Source of the DNA: Candidatus Babelota bacterium
GTDB lineage: Bacteria > Babelota > Babeliae > Babelales > Vermiphilaceae
Assembly (NCBI GenBank): GCA_049325595.1
Contig: JBMOLF010000012.1
Location: 12,081 to 76,080 of the forward strand
Direction of reading: 5' to 3'
DNA length: 64,000 nucleotides
This document shows, piece after piece, positions 1-8,507 of this stretch (its first letter is position 1; the number at the start of each line of letters is the position of its first letter). The position numbers and the translations under genes were made by a program. A model generated the notes under the pieces. The model was given only the letters and a program-made list of their open reading frames with translations, was not told the DNA's origin and searched no databases.

Positions 1-105
1 CTGTTGAAGGTATATACATAGGCATATAAAAAGGAAAAAACATAGCAGATGCTTTACTAATAAATGCTAAACAAAAAAATGTAAGTAGTATTTTGTTTTT
101 AGTAT

Positions 106-699
106 TCATGTAGTTTCCTGTTTAACTGAGCCATTTTGTGTATCCATTGTAGCTTTATATTCTTCAAATTGCTGCAACATGTGTTTGTCTCTACGTATAT
201 GATGAGCCATTTTAGCGTCATGATGATTATATGAATGCCAAGCTTTAACTGCAGCATATAAACTAAATAAAGTAAACCCGGTGAAACACAATGCAGGCCA
301 TAAGTTTCCTTCTAGTTTTTTAGTTTTACATAATAATTGATAACTCCAGCAAGTAAATCCTCCCTGAAAAATTACTGCTAAAGCTGTTATATAAATCGAG
401 ATTTTTTTTATTTTCAGAATAATTTCTCGTGAATTGTTTTTGAACATTAAGCGATCGTGATGATGTTTAATAATCGCATGAAAATAATCGATGTTGGATA
501 TGACATGCGGATTATTAATAACGAAATTATCATACCTATATGTTACATTTAGCCATTGGCGATCTCTGTTTTGTGAAATAGTTGATCTAATATTGTTGAG
601 GTAATTACGTAAATTTTTAAAAGATGGTAAACAATCAGTTGTAATTGTATTTAAACCAATAGTTACACATGCAAGATAAAATAAATTTTTAATTTTCAT
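106..699 (-). CDS. Hypothetical exported/membrane protein (signal peptide plus 2 C-terminal hydrophobic segments)
   Basis: ORF 106..765. The likely start is ATG 699 (MKIKNLFYLACVTIGL), with AGGAC upstream; this start avoids overlap with the upstream AAA gene. Confidence 0.7.
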   Translation of the reverse strand: MKIKNLFYLACVTIGLNTITTDCLPSFKNLRNYLNNIRSTISQNRDRQWLNVTYRYDNFVINNPHVISNIDYFHAIIKHHHDRLMFKNNSREIILKIKKISIYITALAVIFQGGFTCWSYQLLCKTKKLEGNLWPALCFTGFTLFSLYAAVKAWHSYNHHDAKMAHHIRRDKHMLQQFEEYKATMDTQNGSVKQETT

Positions 700-718
700 A
701 AAGTCCTGTCCAAAAAAA

Positions 719-1906
719 TTATTTGTAGTAACCGACTCCAGCGCCTCCAGCTGAACCAATTGCAAAACCTGCGGCTATACCCCCGGGAACAGCTGTTGAA
801 AAAGTAGTTGCTGTAGTTGTAGCTGCAACTGTTACTCCGCCTGCAGATGCAGCAGTTGCACTTAATTTTGCTGCAACAAAAGGAAGAGCGGGAGGGAAAT
901 AAATGGCTGTTATGCCTACTCCTACCGCAGCGCCTATTATACCTCCAATTGCAGCGCAGGTTTGTATATTTTGTCTACGCAAAGTTTTTAACTGTAAATC
1001 TAATAAGTCATCTTGTTTTCTGCGGCGTGCTGCTTCTTCGCTAACATGGGCTTCATACTTTTTGTGGTTTTTAATGGCTCTATCAAGTTCGCTTTTTACT
1101 ATATTATCATCAATAGCCTGATTAGACTGTTTGATAGCTATTTCATTTACCAGTTGTTGTAAATCTGCGGAGCAAAATCCTTTAGTTTTTTTAACAACAA
1201 GATCAAGCATTTTGTCTGAAAGGTTTATTTTATCACTAGTAAAATAATGCCGTAAAATTTCTTTGCGATCAGCATCATTAGGGTTACCAATTTCTACTTC
1301 TTCCAATCGTTTACCTCTTCGGATGCGAGAATCAAGAGACTTTAAGAAATTAGTAGTTCCAATTACGGTAACCGAATTATCTTTTGGAAGACTGTCTAAT
1401 AATTTTAAAAAATGTCCAACAGTTTTTGCTTGATAATCTGCATGAGAATCATTGCTGTTATTAGTAGATCTAAGTAGGGCATCTAATTCGTCAATAACAA
1501 TAACAACAGGATGATCATATTGTGCTAAATGTTTAGCATGTTCAAATAGACGATCCAATCGTTCAGTATTGGTTCCGGTATATGGTCCTTCGACAGAACC
1601 GGTTATTCTAAGGGTAAAGGCCTGTATTTTTTTGGCAAAATCGGTTGCTATTGTTGATTTACCATTGCCAGCAGGACCATGTAAAATAAAGCCCTTGTTG
1701 CATTTGCCTGTTTTATTATTTACACAATCGACAAATTTATTAAATTCTTCAAATATTTTACCTTTAAACTCTTGTGTGTGATTTTGATAATCTGTATAGC
1801 TTTCTTCTTCCCAACATTGGTAATAATTAGGATCGTTTAAATTACCATGGCAAATCATGGTATTAGTTATAATTAAACTTAATAAAATTACTAAGCTTTT
1901 TTTCAT
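719..1906 (-). CDS. AAA+ ATPase (classic AAA clade) with signal peptide and C-terminal Gly/Ala-rich hydrophobic tail
   Basis: Walker A GPAGNGKS, Walker B VIVIDELD, sensor-1 GTTN, SRH-like LDSRIRRGKR, lid TKGFCSADL. Confidence 0.9.
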   Translation of the reverse strand: MKKSLVILLSLIITNTMICHGNLNDPNYYQCWEEESYTDYQNHTQEFKGKIFEEFNKFVDCVNNKTGKCNKGFILHGPAGNGKSTIATDFAKKIQAFTLRITGSVEGPYTGTNTERLDRLFEHAKHLAQYDHPVVIVIDELDALLRSTNNSNDSHADYQAKTVGHFLKLLDSLPKDNSVTVIGTTNFLKSLDSRIRRGKRLEEVEIGNPNDADRKEILRHYFTSDKINLSDKMLDLVVKKTKGFCSADLQQLVNEIAIKQSNQAIDDNIVKSELDRAIKNHKKYEAHVSEEAARRRKQDDLLDLQLKTLRRQNIQTCAAIGGIIGAAVGVGITAIYFPPALPFVAAKLSATAASAGGVTVAATTTATTFSTAVPGGIAAGFAIGSAGGAGVGYYK

Positions 1907-1949
1907 GGAATCTTCCTCTGCTTATGTGGATTGTTTAAAATGTTTTCAA

Positions 1950-2909
1950 TTATAAATTGTGTGGTTCAATTGTTGCACATTTTTGTGCAGTAATTTGATG
2001 TAGTGTTTTTGTATATTTTTCTTTGAGTCGGGCTTGATACTCAGCAGCTTGTTTATTTTCTTTTTCAATTTTAGTTACTTTATTAAAAGCTTCATTTAAG
2101 CTTTTTTCATTAATTGAACCATTTACTGAAGCAAATTTTGCCATTGATTTAAATGAAGCAGAGCAAAATCCTTCGCTGTTTTTTGAGATGGTATCAAATA
2201 ATTTTTCTTGAATAGTATTGGGATACTGACTTACATAGTGTTTTAAAATAGCTTTTCTACTTTCCTGGTTAGGTGATTTTATTTCTATAGTTTCTGCTCG
2301 GCCTGGTTTATTTAATTGTCCATCTATGCTGGTTATTCTATTGGTTGTCGCAATTAATATGATTTGGTTGTTTGCTGGTAAAGAATCAATGCAATTGAGT
2401 AACTTATGGTAAGTTTGAGCATATTGCATTGTGCAATCATCAAGATTACTTATAGGATTTACTACGAGGCTATCGATGTTTTCTATGGACATTACTACCG
2501 GCACGTGTTTAGATATTTGAACTGCTCTTTGAAAAAAGTGTTCCATCCGTTTAGGACCTGTTCCTGTGTAACGGCCTTCAAAGTCAGAGCTCGACATGGA
2601 AAGATAAACACCTTCAACTTCTTTAGCTACAACTTGTCCTAACATAGTTTTACCATTTCCTGGAGGTCCATAGAAAATGTAGGCAGGAGAGCAGTTACCT
2701 GTTCTCTTTTGCATACATTCAATTATTTTTTTTATTTCTTTAGGAATTTCGCCTTTAAAATTATTTAAATCTGCCTCTATGTCACGATAAGAGGTTTCTT
2801 GCCATCGGTCATAATAAGCATCTTTTTCTGTTTGAACAGGAATTTCAGAGGTATTTGCGATTTGAAAAGAGAATAAGAGTAATGCAATATATAAGTGCTT
2901 GATATTCAT
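1950..2909 (-). CDS. AAA+ ATPase with signal peptide and degenerate Walker B
   Basis: Walker A GPPGNGKT; the Walker B position reads VMSIENID; ATTNR...IDGQLNKPGR. Confidence 0.88.
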   Translation of the reverse strand: MNIKHLYIALLLFSFQIANTSEIPVQTEKDAYYDRWQETSYRDIEADLNNFKGEIPKEIKKIIECMQKRTGNCSPAYIFYGPPGNGKTMLGQVVAKEVEGVYLSMSSSDFEGRYTGTGPKRMEHFFQRAVQISKHVPVVMSIENIDSLVVNPISNLDDCTMQYAQTYHKLLNCIDSLPANNQIILIATTNRITSIDGQLNKPGRAETIEIKSPNQESRKAILKHYVSQYPNTIQEKLFDTISKNSEGFCSASFKSMAKFASVNGSINEKSLNEAFNKVTKIEKENKQAAEYQARLKEKYTKTLHQITAQKCATIEPHNL

Positions 2910-2932
2910 AAAAAAAGTATCCTTCCTTGTTG

Positions 2933-3970
2933 TTAATTAATTCTGAAAATGTATGATTTTAATTTATCTTTTGTTGTTTGAGGTAATTCTTTATATACGT
3001 GATAGGCAAGGGAAGTAACCGTTGCGGTAATGCCTATTACACTTGCCCACCAGCCAAGGCGGGCGTTTGAAAGATTAATTTTTTCTAAAGCTTCTCTTCG
3101 TTTTTCTCGTTCATCTTTTTCGTTAGTGATTTTTTGTACTTTGCGATGTGTTTTGAGTGAGTCTTGTACTATTGATTCAAAGCTTTTATGGTGTCGACTG
3201 GTAAGTTTAGCTGCGGTGACCAGAAGATCTTCTAGTGCAGCGTGGTTAAAGCCATGTGTTTTTTTTGCCAGCGCTAATTGTTTATCTTTGGGTAAATCAA
3301 ATGCTAATTTGGTGCAATAAAAATCTATAATTGCTCTGCGGCTTGCAAGATCGGGAAGCTGTACTTCAACCAGTTTGCACCGGCCAGCGCGAATAAGTGC
3401 AGGATCTAATTTTTGTTCGTGATTGGTCGCACCGATAATAATTAATGGTATTTCACTGGGGATTGACGAAATTTGTGCAATCAGTTTATCAAGGGTTCTA
3501 ATTTCGTATTGTGAGCCATTTGCTTCGGTGCTGCTGCGGGTGCCCACTGCTTCAATTTCATCAATAAAAATGATAACGGGCATAAAAACGGCTAATTCAT
3601 AGGCGCGTTTAAAAAGCCGATCAAGTCGTTCTGGTCCGGTGCCGATGTAAGGCCCTTCAAAATCAGAACCTGCTATGGCAAGACAAATACCGCCTACTTG
3701 GCCAGCTAATGCCCGAGCAAAGGTAGATTTACCTGTTCCGGGCGGACCATAAAAAATATATCCACGTTTGCCAGGGTTGGTAATGGGATCTTTAAGAAAC
3801 TCAACAATTTCTTGTAGTTCAGAAGGTAAACTTCCGGCTAAGTCGTCTAGGGTAATGTGGGAATCTGAATATTCTACCCATTTTTGATAATAAGCATCAT
3901 CTTGTGCTATGCAAAAAAAGCTAAAAAAACCGCTAAAATAAAGCAAAAATCTTAATTTTATTGCATGCAT
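2933..3970 (-). CDS. AAA+ ATPase (FtsH/Cdc48-like ATPase module, no protease domain) with signal peptide and C-terminal TM helix
   Basis: GPPGTGKS, IIFIDEIE, GATNH..LDPALIRAGR; C-terminal LGWWASVIGITATVTSLAYHVY. Confidence 0.9.
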   Translation of the reverse strand: MHAIKLRFLLYFSGFFSFFCIAQDDAYYQKWVEYSDSHITLDDLAGSLPSELQEIVEFLKDPITNPGKRGYIFYGPPGTGKSTFARALAGQVGGICLAIAGSDFEGPYIGTGPERLDRLFKRAYELAVFMPVIIFIDEIEAVGTRSSTEANGSQYEIRTLDKLIAQISSIPSEIPLIIIGATNHEQKLDPALIRAGRCKLVEVQLPDLASRRAIIDFYCTKLAFDLPKDKQLALAKKTHGFNHAALEDLLVTAAKLTSRHHKSFESIVQDSLKTHRKVQKITNEKDEREKRREALEKINLSNARLGWWASVIGITATVTSLAYHVYKELPQTTKDKLKSYIFRIN

Positions 3971-4087
3971 GTAAATGTCTCCAGAAGCTGATATACGTAA
4001 GTTGTCGAAATGAAAAAGAAGTATAGCTACTGCTCAAAAACATGCAATCTTTTTTTTAATTTAGTTATAACTGAAAAAATTAGTTTT

Positions 4088-4696
4088 TCAGGTGCCAAAG
4101 TAGCGGTCACCAAAATCACCTAAGCCCGGGACAATAAATTTTGAGCTATTGAGTTGTGAATCGGTAACACCAAGAACAAACGTAATGTAAGGGAATTTGT
4201 AGCGAATAGCATCTAGGCCTTCGGGGGCGCAAAGCATACTCACGTATATTATTTGCTGTTGGATAATGCCATTGTCTGTTAACCGTGTAAGCAATTCTAT
4301 ACCAGTACCGCCAGTTGCGATCATGGGATCAAGGATAATAATGCACTGATTTTCATGTAACTGAGGTAAATTGCAGTAATACCAATGCGCTTGCGCAGTA
4401 ATTTCATCTCTTTTTAGGCCAACAACACCAACGGTTGCCTGTGGTAGGTACTGTAAAAATATTGGTAACATTGCCATGCCAGAACGCAAAATAGGAACGA
4501 GTACTATTTCTTGGTCAAGTACGGTACCAATGGTGGGCGCATTAGGTGTTTTTATTGGTAGTTCTTTGGTTTTTAAGCGGGCTAATGTTTCGTAAGCAAG
4601 CAAATGAGAAAGTTTGTCTGCTGCGTGTCTGAATGATTGAATTGATGTTTTTTCATCCCGAAGGGTAGTTATATACAATATTTTGGGATCAATCAC
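4088..4696 (-). CDS. upp: Uracil phosphoribosyltransferase
   Basis: VPILRSG, PRPP-binding ILDPMIATGGT, C-terminal IVPGLGDFGDRYFGT. Confidence 0.97.
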   Translation of the reverse strand: MIDPKILYITTLRDEKTSIQSFRHAADKLSHLLAYETLARLKTKELPIKTPNAPTIGTVLDQEIVLVPILRSGMAMLPIFLQYLPQATVGVVGLKRDEITAQAHWYYCNLPQLHENQCIIILDPMIATGGTGIELLTRLTDNGIIQQQIIYVSMLCAPEGLDAIRYKFPYITFVLGVTDSQLNSSKFIVPGLGDFGDRYFGT

Positions 4697-4761
4697 GTGT
4701 TTTCCTTTTTATTATTTTACCGTAAAAAAGTTTACTTATGTTATTCAATATTTTTAGCGGA

Positions 4762-5508
4762 TTATTTTTTTCTGAGCGATATGGGCTTATAGAAACGAGC
4801 AACGTCAAGAAAAATAGTTCTAATAGTGGGGTTGTGATGATTTTTAATTTCTTGAAGCTCTTGACTTGAGAGTTTTTTGTATACTTCATAAGGGAAATTA
4901 TAGTGCAAGTCTTGATTGCATTTCAAAATCGTTTCAATGGTATTTACATCTTGATGTTCAAGTGCAAATTCCAATAGTGTTTGTTGGTGGGCATTTTTTA
5001 AATCTAGAACATTTATTTTTTTGCGGGCAAGTTCAAGAAGAACCGATTTAAACATATGTGTTAATGGTGCTGAACCAGAATTGGTAAGGTTTTTTTCTTG
5101 TATTTTTTGGATGATCATCCAAGGAATAGCTGTCAAGTGTTCTTTGTCGCTGATTTGTTTTATTAATTGTTTTATATATAGATCTTTATGTGGCTTTAGA
5201 TATCTTTTTTTTGAAAAATAAGCTTTGATTGCTTTTGAAAGTTTAACCCCTATTTCTTCAGCTGAGTCTGAATCTTCGTCGTCTTCAATAATCACCGTTG
5301 CTTGTTGAGATTTTGCAACCTGGTCTGATGCGTTATTTCTGTTATTAAGATGGGTAAAAGCATGTTTATTAAAATAGGCAATAATTTTACGATCATAAAA
5401 ATTATAGGGAAATGGTTCAACTGGTCTTGGCTTATTTAATTCCATGGTAAAAGATAGGCAATTAACTAACCATAAACAAATGCATAATGTTAATAAACTG
5501 TTTTTCAT
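4762..5508 (-). CDS. Exported hypothetical protein with one ankyrin-like repeat (paralog of 6219 and 7155 genes)
   Basis: Signal peptide; LKNAHQQTLLEFAL ankyrin-like motif. Confidence 0.7.
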   Translation of the reverse strand: MKNSLLTLCICLWLVNCLSFTMELNKPRPVEPFPYNFYDRKIIAYFNKHAFTHLNNRNNASDQVAKSQQATVIIEDDEDSDSAEEIGVKLSKAIKAYFSKKRYLKPHKDLYIKQLIKQISDKEHLTAIPWMIIQKIQEKNLTNSGSAPLTHMFKSVLLELARKKINVLDLKNAHQQTLLEFALEHQDVNTIETILKCNQDLHYNFPYEVYKKLSSQELQEIKNHHNPTIRTIFLDVARFYKPISLRKK

Positions 5509-5600
5509 TTCCGATTTCTCCCCATGTCGGTCTAAAATATAATACTATATTTTGCTCGAACTAATTAAGATAAAGATAATATCAAAAAAGGAGTCTTTTC

Positions 5601-6236
5601 ATGATATTTAACGATCGAATAGATGCAGGAAATAAACTTGCCCAGCATTTGATATCATATAAAAATAATCCTGCTGTTGTTGTTGTCGCATTGCCAAGAG
5701 GGGGTGTTATTGTAGCTAAAGAAATTGCTTCTCTATTAAATGCTCCGCTTGATATTGTAGTTACCCGAAAAATAGGCTTACCATTTATGCCCGAACTTGC
5801 TGTTGGCGCAGTAAGCCAAGATGGGTCCTATTTTTTAGATAAACAAATAATGAAGCAACTAGCAGTAAGAAAAGATGAACTTTTAGACACTATCGATCTT
5901 GAGCGAAAAGAAATTAATCGTCGTCTTAAAACCTATAAAAAAGACATGCCCGCCTTAGATGTTAAAGACAAGATAGTAATTTTAGTCGATGATGGTATTG
6001 CTACCGGTTCTACGGTGCTTGCGGCTATTCAAACCATTAAACATATGAAACCAAAAAAAATTATTCTTGCGGTACCGGTGTTACCACAAGCTGCGGTAGG
6101 TTTAATGCAAGCACAAGTTGATCAATTAGTTTATCTTCAAGCTCCTGAATATTTTGTAGGAATTAGTCAATTTTATCACGAGTTTCCCCAAATAACCGAC
6201 CAAGAGGTAATTGAAGCATTAGTCTCTAGTCGGTGA
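5601..6236 (+). CDS. Type I phosphoribosyltransferase family protein
   Basis: F.DR.DAG..LA, LPRGGV, VILVDDGIATGST, AVPV motifs. Confidence 0.92.
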   Translation: MIFNDRIDAGNKLAQHLISYKNNPAVVVVALPRGGVIVAKEIASLLNAPLDIVVTRKIGLPFMPELAVGAVSQDGSYFLDKQIMKQLAVRKDELLDTIDLERKEINRRLKTYKKDMPALDVKDKIVILVDDGIATGSTVLAAIQTIKHMKPKKIILAVPVLPQAAVGLMQAQVDQLVYLQAPEYFVGISQFYHEFPQITDQEVIEALVSSR

Positions 6237-7082
6237 TTGTTCGGATTGAAGCTGTAAAATTGTTTGTTTAAATTGAGCATTATTTGCTACAACAACAAAA
6301 GCTAAGATTTTATTGAGATACTTAGATTGTTCTTTAGTCAGATTATACGATGGAAGTAAAGTAAAATGATCAGTTCGTATGCCTTTTAGATCATTATTTA
6401 TTATTAATAAGGCTTTGAGAGCGTTATCATTTTTTGTTTGTAAGGCTAATTCAAATAACGTTTGACCATTATTATTTTTAAGAGCAAATAAATCTATATT
6501 ACACGTGAGCATTTTTCTAAAAATTGATATTGTTCTTTTTATTACTAATGCGTTAGCATGAACAGTACCAATCTTATCGATGATATCCCATGTTATCGAA
6601 CTAATAATTTTTTTATCTTTTATATTGTTTAATCGACGAATATGAAGGGTTATTTTATCTTTAAATTTCTTGCCTGAGTCGGTGATTGGCTGTTTAAAAA
6701 AGGTGTCAAATTCATCTAATATGCGAGATCTAATAGTTGCTAATTTTTTCTCATCTTTGCTAGCAAATACATTCGGTGTTGCATTAATTAAATTCTCGCT
6801 AAAATTACCGTCAAGCGGTAATGTATTACTCGCTGTATTGTTTTCTAGTGGTATAGTGAGGTGATAATTAAAAGCAGATGGAATAAAATTAGTTGTGTTA
6901 CTAAATGCGCTTTTATTTAAACGATTAAGCATCTCTTGGTCAAAGCTGGTTAAGCGAATCTTTTTTGATGCAACAAATAATTGATTAGTCTCTAATGGCC
7001 TTTTCAAGGTATTACAATCACTTGCATGGCTATTAATACCCGTAAAAAAGCCAAAAGTAACAAGTAATTGCAAGCTTTTCAT
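6219..7082 (-). CDS. Exported hypothetical protein with ankyrin-like repeat
   Basis: Likely start ATG 7082 (MKSLQLLVTFGFFTGINSHA); KNNNGQTLFELAL motif. Confidence 0.7.
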   Translation of the reverse strand: MKSLQLLVTFGFFTGINSHASDCNTLKRPLETNQLFVASKKIRLTSFDQEMLNRLNKSAFSNTTNFIPSAFNYHLTIPLENNTASNTLPLDGNFSENLINATPNVFASKDEKKLATIRSRILDEFDTFFKQPITDSGKKFKDKITLHIRRLNNIKDKKIISSITWDIIDKIGTVHANALVIKRTISIFRKMLTCNIDLFALKNNNGQTLFELALQTKNDNALKALLIINNDLKGIRTDHFTLLPSYNLTKEQSKYLNKILAFVVVANNAQFKQTILQLQSEQSPTRD

Positions 7083-7154
7083 AACTATCCCAAATAGTTG
7101 GTGTAAAAATATAATTTTGCCAGAAAGTTTATTATTTTTTGCAAATAATAACAA

Positions 7155-7862
7155 CTAATGTTTTATTTTTTTATTTCGTAAAAGACTAGCTTTTTTTTGA
7201 TAATTGTTCTTAAATGCCGAAGATGGTAAATAATTGGCGTTGAGCAGTTCAAGCATTGTTTTATCAGTTGTAAGTTGCTTGAATGAATCGAGTTGTGTAT
7301 TAGAATAACACGTAAAATTACTGTTGTTTAGAGAAAGAAGATTTGAATTAAATTGAAGACATGCTGCAACAAGCGGATGATTATTCTTTTTTATTGCATG
7401 CTCTAAAATAGTATCGCCTTCATTATTTGTTTCTTTAAGAAAATCGATTTCATAGGCAATAGATCGATTTAAAAATCGTTCGATGGTTTTTTTTGTATGC
7501 TGGTTATAATCAATAAGGTTTGTTGTTTTATCACAAATGGTCCAAAAGATTTGTTTTATAATTTTTTTATCTAGAATGAGTTCTCTTTTTTTATTATAAA
7601 CGTAATAATCAACTCTTGATGCAAGAATCCCATGTTTTTTTGGGAGTTTATGTTGCCATGATGAAAAAAAATCATCTATACGGTCATAAAGTTTCTGTAT
7701 AGTTTGTTCTTGGCTATTGTCCATGCTGGTTTTTGCCAGACAACAAAGCCCTAAAGCTGCATCTTCAATAGCTTTTGGTAGGGTAATAATATGAGGAATT
7801 GCATATCGCTCTGCTCCATAAATTGATATGAAAAATAATAATAATGTTGTGTATAGAAACAT
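7155..7862 (-). CDS. Exported hypothetical protein with ankyrin-like repeat
   Basis: Signal peptide MFLYTTLLLFFISIYG; TNNEGDTILEHAI motif. Confidence 0.7.
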   Translation of the reverse strand: MFLYTTLLLFFISIYGAERYAIPHIITLPKAIEDAALGLCCLAKTSMDNSQEQTIQKLYDRIDDFFSSWQHKLPKKHGILASRVDYYVYNKKRELILDKKIIKQIFWTICDKTTNLIDYNQHTKKTIERFLNRSIAYEIDFLKETNNEGDTILEHAIKKNNHPLVAACLQFNSNLLSLNNSNFTCYSNTQLDSFKQLTTDKTMLELLNANYLPSSAFKNNYQKKASLLRNKKIKH

Positions 7863-7890
7863 AGCAATTACCCATTAACAGAACATAATA

Positions 7891-7928
7891 AATAAAACAA
7901 TGGCTGTAAAGAATTACAACCATTGTTT
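7891..7928 (-). terminator. Probable intrinsic terminator of the 7949..8296 gene
   Basis: Inverted repeat aaacaatgg.tgtaa / ttaca.ccattgttt, followed on the minus strand by ttttattt. Confidence 0.6.
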
Positions 7929-7948
7929 AGGAGAAAAATTTAATACCA

Positions 7949-8296
7949 TTAACGGTTAATATGTTTATTCATTTCTGATTCAACTTGCGCACGGAAATCT
8001 TTTTTCATGCCTTCTAAAACATCAGCAGGAATGTTTGGATCTATTTTTTTGATTTGTGCTGCCATATTTTCCCATTCTCTATCATAGTCAAAAGCTGGCA
8101 TAGTTGTCGGTTGAGGAGCTGGTTTTGTAGTTGCAGGCATAGGAGCTTTTTTTACGACTTGTTTTTGAGGAGCTGCCTTGGGTGCTGGCATAGAACTTTT
8201 TTTTACCATTTGCTTTTGTGGCGCTGCTGGACAATATTTTGCTAATGCAACACCATTTGCCAAGCAACATGTCAGTAATAATAATTTATAATTCAT
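7949..8296 (-). CDS. Small exported protein with Pro/Lys/Ala-rich tandem repeats
   Basis: Start ATG 8296 with GGGGA upstream; signal peptide ending ALA; AAPQKQxVKKxxMPA occurs twice. Confidence 0.75.
   Translation of the reverse strand: MNYKLLLLTCCLANGVALAKYCPAAPQKQMVKKSSMPAPKAAPQKQVVKKAPMPATTKPAPQPTTMPAFDYDREWENMAAQIKKIDPNIPADVLEGMKKDFRAQVESEMNKHINR
8093..8227 (-). repeat. Intragenic tandem repeat (two 17-aa units plus a partial third)
   Basis: AAPQKQMVKKSSMPAPK / AAPQKQVVKKAPMPATT / PAPQPTTMPA. Confidence 0.7.
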
Positions 8297-8507
8297 CCTA
8301 ATCCCCTTTTTTTGTAATACCGGTTTATCTGAAAGTAAATGTAACAAAGGGGCAAATTATAAATCAATAATTGTAATAAAAATTAAATATGCAATTGGTT
8401 TAACTAAGCTTTAGTAAATCTGAAAAATAGAGGTGAATTGATGGTTTTTTATTTTTCTCGTATGCTGATACTGAACGTAAAACTTTTTGTTGTTAGGGCT
8501 CTATTGT

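Noticed and set aside
2933..3970. Calling the AAA genes ftsH
   Set aside because: There is no M41 protease domain or HExxH, and no two-TM N-terminus.
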